Shown here: positions 26,965-36,239 of the stretch, one piece after another | Numbering within the stretch: the first letter of the stretch is position 1 | Layout of the letters: every line of letters starts with the position of its first letter | Assembly (NCBI GenBank): GCA_020632755.1 | Contig: JACKEY010000009.1 | Span: 63,332-127,331, forward strand | From: Alphaproteobacteria bacterium | GTDB taxonomy: Bacteria; Myxococcota_A; UBA796; UBA2385 | Direction: 5' to 3' | Length of the DNA stretch: 64,000 nt | Made by a program: the position numbers and the translations under genes | Notes under the pieces: model-generated | What the model was told of the DNA's origin: nothing | The model's database searches: none | The model's input: the letters and a program-made list of their open reading frames with translations, nothing else

Positions 26965-28233
26965 TCAGTCCCGCAGCAGGGGCAGGGTCAGGCAGCGCGG
27001 GCCGCCGCGGCCCCGCGACAGCTCGTGCCCGACGATGTGGATGGCGTAGCGCCGGCCGCTGGCGACCAGCGCGTCGGGATCGCCGCCGAAGTCCCGGGAC
27101 AGCTCTTCGAGGAAGACGCCAGGGGCCACGACGCGGAAGCCGGCCTCGGACATCGCCCGGGCGGTGTAGGCGTTGCGTGCGTAGCCGACGACGATCCCGG
27201 GGGCGAGGGCGACGTAGTTGGCGCCGTCGGTCCACTGCTCGCGGGGGCCGTGCACGGGGTGGCCGCCGCCGCAGAAGACGGGCTCGACCGGGTGGCCTTC
27301 GTCGGCGAGGGCGGTGAGCAGGTCGCCGTCGAGGTGGCGCACGACCACCCCGCCGGGGCCGAGCTCCAGGCGGACGATCTCGGCTTCTTCGGGGCCGCCG
27401 GGGCCGAGCAGGCCCTTGTAGACGGCGCAGCGCCCCTGATCGAGCAGCGTGAACACCGTGTCCAGGTGCATCGCGCTGCGCTGCTTGGGCATCTCGACGA
27501 CCAGCACGCGCGTGAAGCCGTGGTCGCCGAGCTCTTCGGCCAGCTGGGTGACCATCGACCAGCTGGTGCGCTCGCTGGCGCCGATCATGGCCAGGGTGGG
27601 CGACACGCAGAGCACGTCGCCACCTTCGATGGTCAGCGGCGCCGAGCCGCCGCGGGCGCGGATCCAGCGGCTGATCTCGGCCAGGTGGTTGCCGTCGAAG
27701 GCCGGGTGGTCGTCGAAGACGGCCCAGGCCAGCACGGCCTCGCGCTGGCGGGCGACCTTGCGGGCGTTGCCGACGACGACGACGTCGCCCAGCACCGCGG
27801 CCAGGTCGCGGGTGAAGATCAGGTTGGGGACCGGCGGGAAGAACTCGGGGGCGTCCAGGTCGCCGCCCTCGGTGCCGACGATGAGCGTGGCGGCCAGCGC
27901 TTCGGCGTCCAGGGCTTCGAGCCGGGCGACCTGGGGGGCGTGCAGGTCGTGCAGCCGGCGGACGCGATCGATGACCTTGCCGCGGACGGCGGCGTCTTCG
28001 AGCACCTCGCGCAGCAGATCGTCGAACTGCAGCACCTCGGCGAAGGCGGCGAGCACGGCCTGGAGCTGGGCGTGCTCGTCCCGTGCGGTGGGCACGTGCA
28101 CCAGGTCGTCGAACAGCAGGTAGTCGGGGCTGCCGGGTTCGATGTGGCGGGGGAGCATGCGCTCGTGCGCGGGGCCCGGGGCTTGGACCACGACGCGGCG
28201 CAGGCGGCCGATCTCGCTGGTGACACGTACCAT
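26965..28233 (-). CDS. arcA: arginine deiminase family protein
   Basis: VTSEIGRLRRVVVQAPG...LLFDDL...EH..L at the N-terminus and ...ELSRGRGGPRCLTLPLLRD at the C-terminus (catalytic Cys context). Length about 420 aa. Confidence 0.75.
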   Translation of the reverse strand: MVRVTSEIGRLRRVVVQAPGPAHERMLPRHIEPGSPDYLLFDDLVHVPTARDEHAQLQAVLAAFAEVLQFDDLLREVLEDAAVRGKVIDRVRRLHDLHAPQVARLEALDAEALAATLIVGTEGGDLDAPEFFPPVPNLIFTRDLAAVLGDVVVVGNARKVARQREAVLAWAVFDDHPAFDGNHLAEISRWIRARGGSAPLTIEGGDVLCVSPTLAMIGASERTSWSMVTQLAEELGDHGFTRVLVVEMPKQRSAMHLDTVFTLLDQGRCAVYKGLLGPGGPEEAEIVRLELGPGGVVVRHLDGDLLTALADEGHPVEPVFCGGGHPVHGPREQWTDGANYVALAPGIVVGYARNAYTARAMSEAGFRVVAPGVFLEELSRDFGGDPDALVASGRRYAIHIVGHELSRGRGGPRCLTLPLLRD

Positions 28234-28298
28234 GCGTCGCACCCTACCCCGTCGCGCCGGCTCCCACCCGGGCCCGCGGGGCTGGTACCCTGCGCCCC

Positions 28299-29672
28299 AT
28301 GCTGGACTGGCTCGAGCGGCTGTACCACGACCTCGCCACCGGGCGACGGGCGGTGGACCACCCCCTGATGGCGTGGGTCCTCGAGGCCATGCACGTCGCC
28401 GTGGTGCTCGCCAGAGAGGTCCGGCGCGACCGGCTGCACGTGCGCGCCGCCATGCTGGCCTACTGGACCGCCGTCGCCATCGTGCCGATCTTGCTGGTCG
28501 CCTTCTCGGTGGCCGGGCCGCTGGGGCTCGGAGAGACCAGCCGCGAGGCCGTGCGCAGCCTGCTGTGGAACACGATCCTGGCCGAGAGCGTGGAAGACGT
28601 CGGCAAGGCGCTCGACGTGCTGCTGGACACGGCCAACTTCAAGGCGCTCGGCATCGTCGGCATCGGCGCCACCATGGCGATCGGCGCGCAGCTCTACTTC
28701 AACGCAGAGCTGGCCTACAACGACATCTTCCGCACCCGCGTGCGACGCAGCCTGCTGCTGCGTTTCTCGCTGTTCTACGTGGGCCTGACCATCGCGCCCG
28801 TGCTGGTCGCCGCGGGCTTCGTGGCGACGGCCTGGCTGCCCGACCAGGTCAACGTCTTCGCCCGTGCCGTGCCGGTGCTGCTGACCTCGGTCGCGATGAT
28901 CGGCGCCATCCGCGTGCTGCCCTACCGCCCGGTCCGTTGGCGCAGCAGCATCCTGGGCGGCCTGTTCAGCGCCGTGCTGTTCGAAGCCGCCAAGGTCGGC
29001 TTCGGCGCGTACACCGACCTGATGGGCACCGCCGACAGCATGGCGGGCATCTACGGGTCGCTGGCCTTCCTGCCGGCCTTCCTCATCTGGCTCTACGTGC
29101 TGTGGATGACTGTGCTGGTCGGCGTCGAGATGGCCTACCTGACCGAGCACTACGACGTGCTGGTCGGCCAGCAGCGCCGCGAGGCGACGGACCCCTTCAG
29201 CCACCACCGCCACCCCGACGCCCTGTTCGCCATCGGCATCATGGGGGTGATCGCCCGCAGCTGGCTGGATGGAAAGGGCGCCCTGGCGCCCGACGAGCTC
29301 GTGCAGGCGAGCGGCGCCGACCCGCAGCACGTGCAGACCTGCCTGGAGGTGCTCCAGGACGCCGGGCTGCTGGTCGAGACCCAGGACAAGCGCTTCGTGC
29401 CCGCCCGGCCGCCGACCGAGCTGTCGGCATCCGACATCATCGAGCGCTGGCGGGACACGGCCGCCGCCCCCCTCCCGACCAGCACCGCGTCCGAGATCGT
29501 CGAGCACACCGCCCGCGCGGCCCGCCGCCACCTCTCGGCTCCCGGCGCATGGATCCCCGGCACGGTTCGGATACCTGGGCCCGACGACGCCCGCCCCCTG
29601 CTGTCCGCGGTGCCCGACCCTCCTCCCTCCGACTCCGTCCCCCCGACTCCCTCCTCCCGACCCAAGGGCTGA
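28299..29672 (+). CDS. YihY/BrkB family membrane protein with a C-terminal soluble extension
   Basis: ...RAAMLAYWTAVAIVPILLVAF..., six TM segments, ...YGSLAFLPAFLIWLYVLWMTVLVGVE..., the typical YihY pattern. Confidence 0.75.
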   Translation: MLDWLERLYHDLATGRRAVDHPLMAWVLEAMHVAVVLAREVRRDRLHVRAAMLAYWTAVAIVPILLVAFSVAGPLGLGETSREAVRSLLWNTILAESVEDVGKALDVLLDTANFKALGIVGIGATMAIGAQLYFNAELAYNDIFRTRVRRSLLLRFSLFYVGLTIAPVLVAAGFVATAWLPDQVNVFARAVPVLLTSVAMIGAIRVLPYRPVRWRSSILGGLFSAVLFEAAKVGFGAYTDLMGTADSMAGIYGSLAFLPAFLIWLYVLWMTVLVGVEMAYLTEHYDVLVGQQRREATDPFSHHRHPDALFAIGIMGVIARSWLDGKGALAPDELVQASGADPQHVQTCLEVLQDAGLLVETQDKRFVPARPPTELSASDIIERWRDTAAAPLPTSTASEIVEHTARAARRHLSAPGAWIPGTVRIPGPDDARPLLSAVPDPPPSDSVPPTPSSRPKG

Positions 29673-29675
29673 GTG

Positions 29676-30551
29676 ATGGCCATCCCCGACTCCCGCCTGC
29701 AGCGCGGCGAGGTCCATCGCATCCTGTGGATGACCGACCTGAGCGAGCGCGCCGCCGCCTGCGAAGCCGCCGTGCGCTGGTTCGCGGCCCTGGCCACCGC
29801 CCGCGGCGACGACCCCGCCCAGGTGATCGTCGCCCACGCCCTGGGGGTCGAAGCCGGCGAGTCGCCCGAGCGGCACGAGGCCCGCAAGGCCGAAGCCAAG
29901 GCCCACCTCGCCGCCCTGGCCGGCGATCTCGAGAGCGTCGGCATCTCGTCCCAGGCGGTGGTGTCCCGCGGCCGCGCGTCCGAGGTCACCCGCACCCTGG
30001 CCGACGAACACGACGTCGACCTGGTCGTCATCGGCCGCACCGGCGTGTCCGGCATCGACCGGGTCCTGCTGGGCAGCACCGCCCGCCGGATCGTGCGCGA
30101 AGCCGGCCGGGCCGTGCTGGCCGTGGCCCACGACGGCTTCGGCGTGCCCCAGCGCATCGCCTGCCCGGTGGACCCGACCGACACGAAGGCCGCCGACGCC
30201 AGCGACGCGGGCATCCGGGTCGCCGCTGCCCTGGGCCGGGCCGCCGGCGCGCGCGTCACCTTCCTGAGCGTGGCCCTGGCCACCGGCTTCGTGCCCGAGG
30301 ACCGGCTCGAGGTCGGCCACCGCCTGGAGCGCAAGGTCGCGCGGGTGCTGGGCGACCCGTCCGACCTGGACCACGGCGTGCGCGTGATCATCTCGCAGGC
30401 CATCTCCGACGGCGTGGCCGAAGCTTCGCACCACGCGGATCTGCTGGTCATCGGCACCGCCGGCCGGCGGGGGCTGGCGCGCCTGGTGCTGGGCAGCGTG
30501 GCCGAGGACCTGGTCGAGCGCTGTCCGATCACCGTGCTCGTGGCGCACTGA
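29676..30551 (+). CDS. tandem universal stress protein (two UspA domains)
   Basis: Two repeats each ending DLVVIGRTGVSGIDRVLLGSTARRIVREAGRAVLAV and DLLVIGTAGRRGLARLVLGSVAEDLVERCPITVLV. Confidence 0.85.
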   Translation: MAIPDSRLQRGEVHRILWMTDLSERAAACEAAVRWFAALATARGDDPAQVIVAHALGVEAGESPERHEARKAEAKAHLAALAGDLESVGISSQAVVSRGRASEVTRTLADEHDVDLVVIGRTGVSGIDRVLLGSTARRIVREAGRAVLAVAHDGFGVPQRIACPVDPTDTKAADASDAGIRVAAALGRAAGARVTFLSVALATGFVPEDRLEVGHRLERKVARVLGDPSDLDHGVRVIISQAISDGVAEASHHADLLVIGTAGRRGLARLVLGSVAEDLVERCPITVLVAH

Positions 30552-30556
30552 GCACG

Positions 30557-32149
30557 GTGTCCTCGCGACGGCTGGTGGGGGCTGCGGTCGCCCTGGGGGC
30601 GACCCTGGTGGTGCTGGCCGGCGGCGCCCGACTGGCGGCGGTGAAGCTGGCGGACGACGCGCTGACCGGGCTCGGGGCCCGGTGGGACAGCGCCTCGCAC
30701 GGGCTCCTCCACAGCGAGTGGCGCGGGCTGCAGCGCGGGCCGGTGCGCGTCGAGCGGGCGCGGCTCACCCTCCTCCCCTCCCCCGCCCTGCTGGCCGACG
30801 GGGTCGACGTCGATCTGTCGGCGGGCGGCTGGTCACCCGGGGGAGGCGGGAGCGCGGCGGGCGGAGGCGGCGCCCCGGGCTGGGCCGCCGGTGCTCCGGT
30901 GCGGGTCGAGGGCCTGACGGTCCGCTGGGGCGAGGAGGTGCTGGCCGAGGGGCTGTCGGGGAGCCTGGCACCGACGCTGTCGCTGCACGGAGAGGGCGTG
31001 TCGGTCGGCCGCGAGGCGGGGGCCTGGACCGCCCGCGTGGAGCGCCCGCTGGCGGTCGGGCCGGCGACGGCGACGACGACGCTGGATCTGCGGACCGAGG
31101 CGGGGGCCGTGCAGTTCACGCTGTCGGCGCCAGACCTGGTGCTGGAGCACCCGCTGCTGGCCCGTGGGGCCCTGCCGCCGAGCGCGCTGCAGCTGGCCGG
31201 CCGGTTCGACCCCACCACGCACGGCGTCGACGCGACGGGCACCGTGGGCGACGTGGCCCTGCGGATCGAGGGCCGGCTGGACCCGAGCGACCGGAGCGGC
31301 GCCGTCGAGCTGGACCTGTCCGGCGAGCTGCCGGCCGTGCTGGCCCTGTTCGGGGACCAGGTGCCCGAGGCCCGCCGGGCGACCTGCAGCGGCGAGCTCG
31401 GCCTGCACCTGGCCGTCGCGCTGCCCGACCGCAGCTGGACGGGCACGCCCCGCGCGACGGACCTGACCTGCGAGGGCGTGCTCACCGACGTCGACGGCCT
31501 GAAGAGCGGCGAGGTGACCTGGCGCACCACGGACGAAGAAGGCAACCCGGTGCTACGCCGCACCGGCCCCGGCGAGCGCGGCTGGACCAGCTGGCAGGAG
31601 GGCCGTCGGCTGGCCGACGCCATCATGGCCAGCGAGGACATCGGCTTCCCCGAGCACCCCGGCTACGATCTGCGCGCCATCGAGGCCGCCATGGCCGAAG
31701 CCGCCGCCGGCGACACCCGCCCGCGCGGCGGCAGCACGCTGACCCAGCAGCTGGCCAAGAACCTGTACCTGTCGGGCGAGCGGACCCTGGCGCGCAAGCT
31801 GCGCGAGCTGGTCTACGCGCTGGCGCTCGAGCGGCAGCTCGGCAAGCGCCACATCCTGCAGCTCTACATCAACATCGTCGAGCTCGGGCCCGACCTGTAC
31901 GGCGTCGGCGCGGCGTCCGAGGCCTACTTCGCCAAGCGGCCGGGCGGGCTCACCGACCGCGAGGCCGCCTTCCTGGCGACCCTGCTGCCGTCGCCGTCGC
32001 GGGGACACGCGCGCGCCCTGCAGGGCCGCGCCAACCAGGCCCGCGTCGACGACATCCTGGCGAACATGGGGCGGGCCGGCATGCGCACGCCCGAAGAGCT
32101 GGCGGCGGCCCGACGACAGCCGCTGACGCTCCTGCTGACGGGAGACTGA
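30557..32149 (+). CDS. membrane-anchored protein with a C-terminal GT51 peptidoglycan glycosyltransferase domain (MtgA-like)
   Basis: GTG start with TM segment (LVGAAVALGATLVVLAGG). C-terminal ASEDIGFPEHPGYD, RGGSTLTQQLAKNLYLS, RKLRELVYALALE and ILQLYINIVELG match the transglycosylase motifs. Confidence 0.8.
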   Translation: MSSRRLVGAAVALGATLVVLAGGARLAAVKLADDALTGLGARWDSASHGLLHSEWRGLQRGPVRVERARLTLLPSPALLADGVDVDLSAGGWSPGGGGSAAGGGGAPGWAAGAPVRVEGLTVRWGEEVLAEGLSGSLAPTLSLHGEGVSVGREAGAWTARVERPLAVGPATATTTLDLRTEAGAVQFTLSAPDLVLEHPLLARGALPPSALQLAGRFDPTTHGVDATGTVGDVALRIEGRLDPSDRSGAVELDLSGELPAVLALFGDQVPEARRATCSGELGLHLAVALPDRSWTGTPRATDLTCEGVLTDVDGLKSGEVTWRTTDEEGNPVLRRTGPGERGWTSWQEGRRLADAIMASEDIGFPEHPGYDLRAIEAAMAEAAAGDTRPRGGSTLTQQLAKNLYLSGERTLARKLRELVYALALERQLGKRHILQLYINIVELGPDLYGVGAASEAYFAKRPGGLTDREAAFLATLLPSPSRGHARALQGRANQARVDDILANMGRAGMRTPEELAAARRQPLTLLLTGD

Positions 32150-32224
32150 TCCCCCCTTCGCGGATGCTCGTGGCTCGCGAACCTGCGGTACCCTGCACAC
32201 GACAAGGTCCTGGAGTCATACGCG

Positions 32225-32851
32225 ATGCGAATCGGGCTCATCGGAGCCGGACGGCTGGGGAGCACCCTGGCCCGGTACTGGGTGCGTGCGGGTCACGAGC
32301 TGCTGCTGTCGGCGCGCCGACGCGAGCCGGTCGAGGAGCTGATCGAGGAGCTCGGTCCGCTCGCAGTGTCGGGCACCCCCGCCGAAGCCGCCGCTTTCGG
32401 CGAGGTCGTGGTGCTGGCGGTGCCACTCGGGGCGGTGGCGGCGCTGGCAGAGGAGCTCGCGGAGCCCGTATCGGACCGGGTGGTGCTGGACGCCACCAAC
32501 CCCTTCCCCAAGCGGGACGGGGCGGCGGCCGAGCGGGCGCTGCGATCGCCGCTGGGGTCGTTCGGCCACACGGCGGCCTGCTTTCCGCAGGCCCGGGTGG
32601 TGAAGGGCTTCAACACGGTGTTCGTGGCGACGCTGCGCAGCCGCCTGCAAGCGACCGACCCGCCGCTGGCGCTGCCGCTGGCCGGTCACCCCGACGGGTG
32701 CCCCGTGGTCGAGCGGCTGGTCCGGGACGCAGGGCTGGTGCCGGTCGTCGTCGGCGGGCCAGAGCGGGCCGTGCTGCTGGACCCCGGCGGTCCGCTGTGG
32801 AACCGGGCCCTGGACGAGCGCGCCCTGCGGGCCGAGCTCGGCGGCGGCTGA
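32225..32851 (+). CDS. NAD(P)-binding oxidoreductase (F420-dependent NADP reductase/ProC-like family)
   Basis: MRIGLIGAGRLGSTLARYW Rossmann GxGxxG at the N-terminus. About 208 aa. Confidence 0.65.
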   Translation: MRIGLIGAGRLGSTLARYWVRAGHELLLSARRREPVEELIEELGPLAVSGTPAEAAAFGEVVVLAVPLGAVAALAEELAEPVSDRVVLDATNPFPKRDGAAAERALRSPLGSFGHTAACFPQARVVKGFNTVFVATLRSRLQATDPPLALPLAGHPDGCPVVERLVRDAGLVPVVVGGPERAVLLDPGGPLWNRALDERALRAELGGG

Positions 32852-32869
32852 CGAAGCCGCAGGGGCGCG

Positions 32870-33217
32870 TCAGTCCGGCGAGGTGAACCGGCCGGCGTCA
32901 CGCACGCGCAGCTTGGTCATGGTCGCCTCGAAGGCGGCGTCCAGATCGATGCCCTGCTGGTTGGCCATGCAGAGCACGATCCACAGCACGTCGGCGAGCT
33001 CCTCCTGGAGCGCGGCGTCTCCTTCGGACGCCTTCTTCCTCTTCGCCCCGAACCGGTGGTTGTACTCGCGGGCCAGCTCGCCCACCTCCTCGGTCAGCCG
33101 GGCGAGGAGGGAGAGCTCGTCCCAGTAGCCGCCGTTCTCGGCGATCCAGCGGTCGATGTCGCGCTGCAGGCCGCCGATGCTGCGGTCGAGGGAGGGAGGC
33201 GGAGGGGAAGCGGCCAC
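32870..33217 (-). CDS. MazG-like nucleotide pyrophosphohydrolase
   Basis: LTEEVGELARE...EELADVLWIVLCMAN..GIDL (EExxE/ExxD helices of the all-alpha NTP-PPase fold). Confidence 0.8.
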   Translation of the reverse strand: MAASPPPPSLDRSIGGLQRDIDRWIAENGGYWDELSLLARLTEEVGELAREYNHRFGAKRKKASEGDAALQEELADVLWIVLCMANQQGIDLDAAFEATMTKLRVRDAGRFTSPD

Positions 33218-33278
33218 GGGCTCCTCCAGGGGCGCGGTTGTGGGCGTCTGCCGACCCCGTTAGCCGGTGCACCTTCGC

Positions 33279-33509
33279 ATGGAGGCCATCTTGGCTGCAG
33301 ACGATCTGATTCCTGTCGAGGGGGTCATCACCGAGGTCTTTCCCGGTGGCGCCTTCCTCGTCGAGACCGAAGCGGGCACGCAGGTGCACGCCCATCTCTC
33401 CGGCAAGCTCCGCCGGTTCCGCATCCGTGTCGTGCTCGGCGACAAGGTCACCGTCGAGGTGAGCCCGTATGATCTGAGCAAGGGGCGGATCACCTACCGC
33501 CACAAGTAG
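33279..33509 (+). CDS. infA: translation initiation factor IF-1
   Basis: ...LIPVEGVITEVFPGGAFLVETEAGTQVHAHLSGKLRRFRIRVVLGDKVTVEVSPYDLSKGRITYRHK. Start could also be 33267 or the TTG at 33291. Confidence 0.9.
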   Translation: MEAILAADDLIPVEGVITEVFPGGAFLVETEAGTQVHAHLSGKLRRFRIRVVLGDKVTVEVSPYDLSKGRITYRHK

Positions 33510-33524
33510 AGAGTCTCGCAGAAA

Positions 33525-33540
33525 GCCCGTGATTACGGGC
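33525..33540 (+). terminator. short hairpin GCCCGT-gatt-ACGGGC after infA
   Basis: 6-bp stem, 16 nt after the infA stop. Weak. Confidence 0.35.
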
Positions 33541-33597
33541 CCTTAGCGAGGGCGGCAGTCCCGCTGTACGGCTATTTGGGGCCATTTCCGGCCCGAT

Positions 33598-33619
33598 ACC
33601 CGTACAGCAACCCGTACAC
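33598..33619 (+). repeat. left border motif pair ACCCGTACAG / ACCCGTACAC (12-bp period), plus an inverted CCGTACAGC copy at 33563-33571
   Basis: Read directly from the sequence. Confidence 0.8.
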
Positions 33620-33722
33620 GGCGGTGTCGCCGGGATGGGGCGTCGACCCTTCAATGTGGGCGCCGGCCTTGACGGCTGCCACTTGGTGAGCATGAGGGGC
33701 AAGTCCGCTTCGAGGAGGACTT

Positions 33723-34667
33723 GTGTTCACGTTGCCCGGCTTCACCACGATTCGATCCCTGGGCCGCGGCGGCTTCGGGCAGACTTGGCTCCTCCGGCGG
33801 GATTCGGACGGGATGCACTTCGCCGTGAAGGTGCTCCACCAGTACACGCAGGACGCGTTCGACCGCTTCGCGCGGGAGGCGCGGATGCTCCAGCGCAACC
33901 AGAGCAACCCCTACGTCGTCAACATCGAGGGCAGCTTCTTCCAGCAGGGGTACACGCCCTACCTCCTCCTTGAGTACTGCGAAGGCGGATCCCTCGACGC
34001 GTGGGTGACCCATAGGCGGGAGTGGAAGGCGGTGACGTTCGCGCTGGCCCATGCGAGCGCCGGGCTGGACTACCTCCATGGTCTGTCCGACGGGTTCCAT
34101 CGGGACATCAAGCCCGCGAACCTCCTGCTGAAGTACCTGACTCCCGACAAGAGCCAGTGGGTCGTCAAGGTCTGCGACTTCGGCATGGCGCGCACCCCGG
34201 AGACGGTCGGTCCGGGCATGACCTGGTCTCCGGCGGGAACCCCCGGCTACACGGCACCGGAGCTGGTGACGGGCATGTACCATCGGCCCGCGGACATCTA
34301 CTCCCTTGGCGTCACCGGCATCGAGCTGTTGACCGGTAGGAAGGAGCCGGCGGCACTCCTCGGCGCGCTGGGCCCCACCGCGCTGCACCAGCTCCTCCGG
34401 CAGATGGTCTCCCCTGACTGGACCCAGCGGCCGAGCATGTCCGAGGTCAGCGCGCGCCTTCGCCAGATCCTCAACCCGCCCAGGCCGAAGGTGCAGGCGC
34501 GCCCTGCCCCTCGGCCGCAGCCGCCGTCGTCTGGCGGTGGCGGATGGGGCTGGCTGGCGGCGGCGGCGGGGCTCACCGCCCTCGCCCTGGGAACGATGAA
34601 CTCGAAGGACTCCAACGGGCGCTGGCGCGGCAAGGACGGGCGCTACCGCAGCGGGCCGTGGGGCTGA
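33723..34667 (+). CDS. membrane-anchored Hanks-type Ser/Thr protein kinase (island cargo)
   Basis: GTG after GAGGAGGA. GRGGFG, FAVK, HRDIKPANLL, DFGMAR and GYTAPE motifs are all intact. C-terminal TM segment WGWLAAAAGLTALALG. Confidence 0.85.
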   Translation: MFTLPGFTTIRSLGRGGFGQTWLLRRDSDGMHFAVKVLHQYTQDAFDRFAREARMLQRNQSNPYVVNIEGSFFQQGYTPYLLLEYCEGGSLDAWVTHRREWKAVTFALAHASAGLDYLHGLSDGFHRDIKPANLLLKYLTPDKSQWVVKVCDFGMARTPETVGPGMTWSPAGTPGYTAPELVTGMYHRPADIYSLGVTGIELLTGRKEPAALLGALGPTALHQLLRQMVSPDWTQRPSMSEVSARLRQILNPPRPKVQARPAPRPQPPSSGGGGWGWLAAAAGLTALALGTMNSKDSNGRWRGKDGRYRSGPWG

Positions 34668-34692
34668 ACACGGTTGAACTTGGGAGAGGACT

Positions 34693-34941
34693 ATGAGCAA
34701 GAAGTACCTTGTGACCTACGATGTCAAAGACGGAGAGTCTGACGACTACTCAGCAATTGACGAGGCGCTTGAGAAGCACGGAACCATTCAGGCCCGACAG
34801 GGCTCGTCCCGGTGGCTGAAGGACTCTGGCAGCACAGCCCAGGCGGTCCTCGACGCCGTGGTGAAGGCCGTGAAGCCGAAGAGGGCCACGGTCTGGGTCT
34901 TGGAGGCGGCCTCGGGCGCCGACAGGGCTTTCACCGAGTAG
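34693..34941 (+). CDS. 82-aa protein with a Cas2/VapD-like beta-alpha-beta-beta-alpha-beta pattern (hypothetical)
   Basis: ATG is 26 nt after the kinase stop, preceded by GGGAGAGGA. MSKKYLVTYDV... resembles the Cas2 N-terminal strand. Visibly more A/T-ending codons than host genes. Fold is inferred, not demonstrated. Confidence 0.55.
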   Translation: MSKKYLVTYDVKDGESDDYSAIDEALEKHGTIQARQGSSRWLKDSGSTAQAVLDAVVKAVKPKRATVWVLEAASGADRAFTE

Positions 34942-34989
34942 ATCCACGGCGATCGGTCGGGGGGCCTTCCGCCGAAATTGCCAGGTTGG

Positions 34990-35322
34990 CTACGGCGGTG
35001 CTCCTGCGAGAGCGAGCAACGCGGCCCGCAGGCGCTCCCGGGCCTCGACCGGATCCGCCGGCTGCCGGTCGAGCAGAGCGGCCACGGCTGTCTCCGCAGG
35101 CGGGGGGCCGGCGTCGAACTCGAACAGGGCGGACTCCCGCACGCCCAGGGCCGACGAGAGCCGCTCGATGGCTTCGAGCGACGGCCCCTGCTGCCCGCGC
35201 TCGATGCGGCTGAGCGTGTGGGGCGCGAGGTCCGCGGCCTCGGCGAGTTGAGCCTGCGTCAGGTGCCGGGCGGTCCGAAGCTCCCGGACCCGCGCGCCGA
35301 CCTTGCTGACGATGGTGCTCAT
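34990..35322 (-). CDS. XRE-family helix-turn-helix transcriptional regulator
   Basis: MSTIVSKVGARVRELRTARHLTQAQLAEAADLAPHTLSRIERGQQGPSLEAIERLSSALG (classic Cro/C1 HTH). Confidence 0.85.
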   Translation of the reverse strand: MSTIVSKVGARVRELRTARHLTQAQLAEAADLAPHTLSRIERGQQGPSLEAIERLSSALGVRESALFEFDAGPPPAETAVAALLDRQPADPVEARERLRAALLALAGAPP

Positions 35323-35460
35323 CCTGCTCTGCTCCGGGGGGAGCAGCAGAATTGGCCTCGTCACGGCTGGACACAAGGCCGCATGGCGGCCTATCTATGA
35401 GCCGTTATGCGGCTATCCCTTGCGCCGTGATGGGGCGAGCAGGGCCGCGACGGAGGGACC

Positions 35461-35817
35461 ATGCGGCTACTCGTCTTCGCGCTCCTGTTGACCGCCTGCG
35501 GCGAGGATCCGCCGATGACCAAGGCGCACGAGGATGCGCTGTGCCGCGCCGCCCGCGGTGCCTACGCGGAGGTCTACGGGGAGCAGGACCGCGCCCAGGA
35601 CATGAACATCAGCACGGACCGCTGCGCCGTGCAGCTCTTCACGGGCGACGAGCGCGCGGGCGTGGTGATCGACCTCCGGTGGACCCGGACCGGGGGCGGC
35701 CGGACCGCCACGTGGCGCCGGGACTGGACCTGCACGGCGAATCGGGGCGGGCCGGTCGGCTGGGCCTTGAAGTCGGACACGTGCTGGATGGGGGACCGCT
35801 GGCTGGACGCCAAGTAG
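35461..35817 (+). CDS. small lipoprotein, hypothetical
   Basis: MRLLVFALLLTACG lipobox. 118 aa with six Cys. Confidence 0.55.
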   Translation: MRLLVFALLLTACGEDPPMTKAHEDALCRAARGAYAEVYGEQDRAQDMNISTDRCAVQLFTGDERAGVVIDLRWTRTGGGRTATWRRDWTCTANRGGPVGWALKSDTCWMGDRWLDAK

Positions 35818-35843
35818 GGCGCGCATGGCGGGATAGGCCGCGC

Positions 35844-36188
35844 ATGGGACGACGCTCCGCCATCACGCTTCTACGCTCCCCGCCGCCTCAACCCGCGGCG
35901 CCTGAGCGCCGGCTACCGCTCCGCTTGAGTCGCCGCGACCGGCGGCTTCTACTGGGCCGGGCTGGGGTGTTCTCCGTGACGGAAGCGGCGGAGCTGCTGC
36001 CGTTGTCCGACAACGACGCACGCGACTGGATCCGAGGCAAGGGGCTCGTGAGGCGCATCGGGGGCAAGCCCCTCGTGGTCTGGGGCGATGTGCTGGATGC
36101 CTTGGAGCCGGATCCGGGGCTATCCCGGCGTGAACAACGCCGGTCGGGATGCAAGGGCATCGCACGCACGCCGCTGCCTCCCATCTGA
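35844..36188 (+). CDS. excisionase/MerR-like HTH DNA-binding protein (putative)
   Basis: Internal ATG of ORF 35352..36188. ...VFSVTEAAELLPLSDNDARDWIRGKGLV... resembles excisionase-type HTH_17 motifs. Confidence 0.45.
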   Translation: MGRRSAITLLRSPPPQPAAPERRLPLRLSRRDRRLLLGRAGVFSVTEAAELLPLSDNDARDWIRGKGLVRRIGGKPLVVWGDVLDALEPDPGLSRREQRRSGCKGIARTPLPPI

Positions 36189-36239
36189 ATCCCAGCACGG
36201 TGCGCGGATTGGAGATGAACTCGCGGGGATAGGGGGCTC

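Noticed and set aside
33510-33722. A search for a tRNA/tmRNA gene as the integration target at the borders of either island (15410-15653, 23169-23349, 33510-33722, 44904-45108).
   Set aside because: No cloverleaf-compatible sequence with a GTTCGAATC-like T-arm or CCA-proximal acceptor stem was seen. The integration sites appear to be a terminator region and the infA 3' flank instead.
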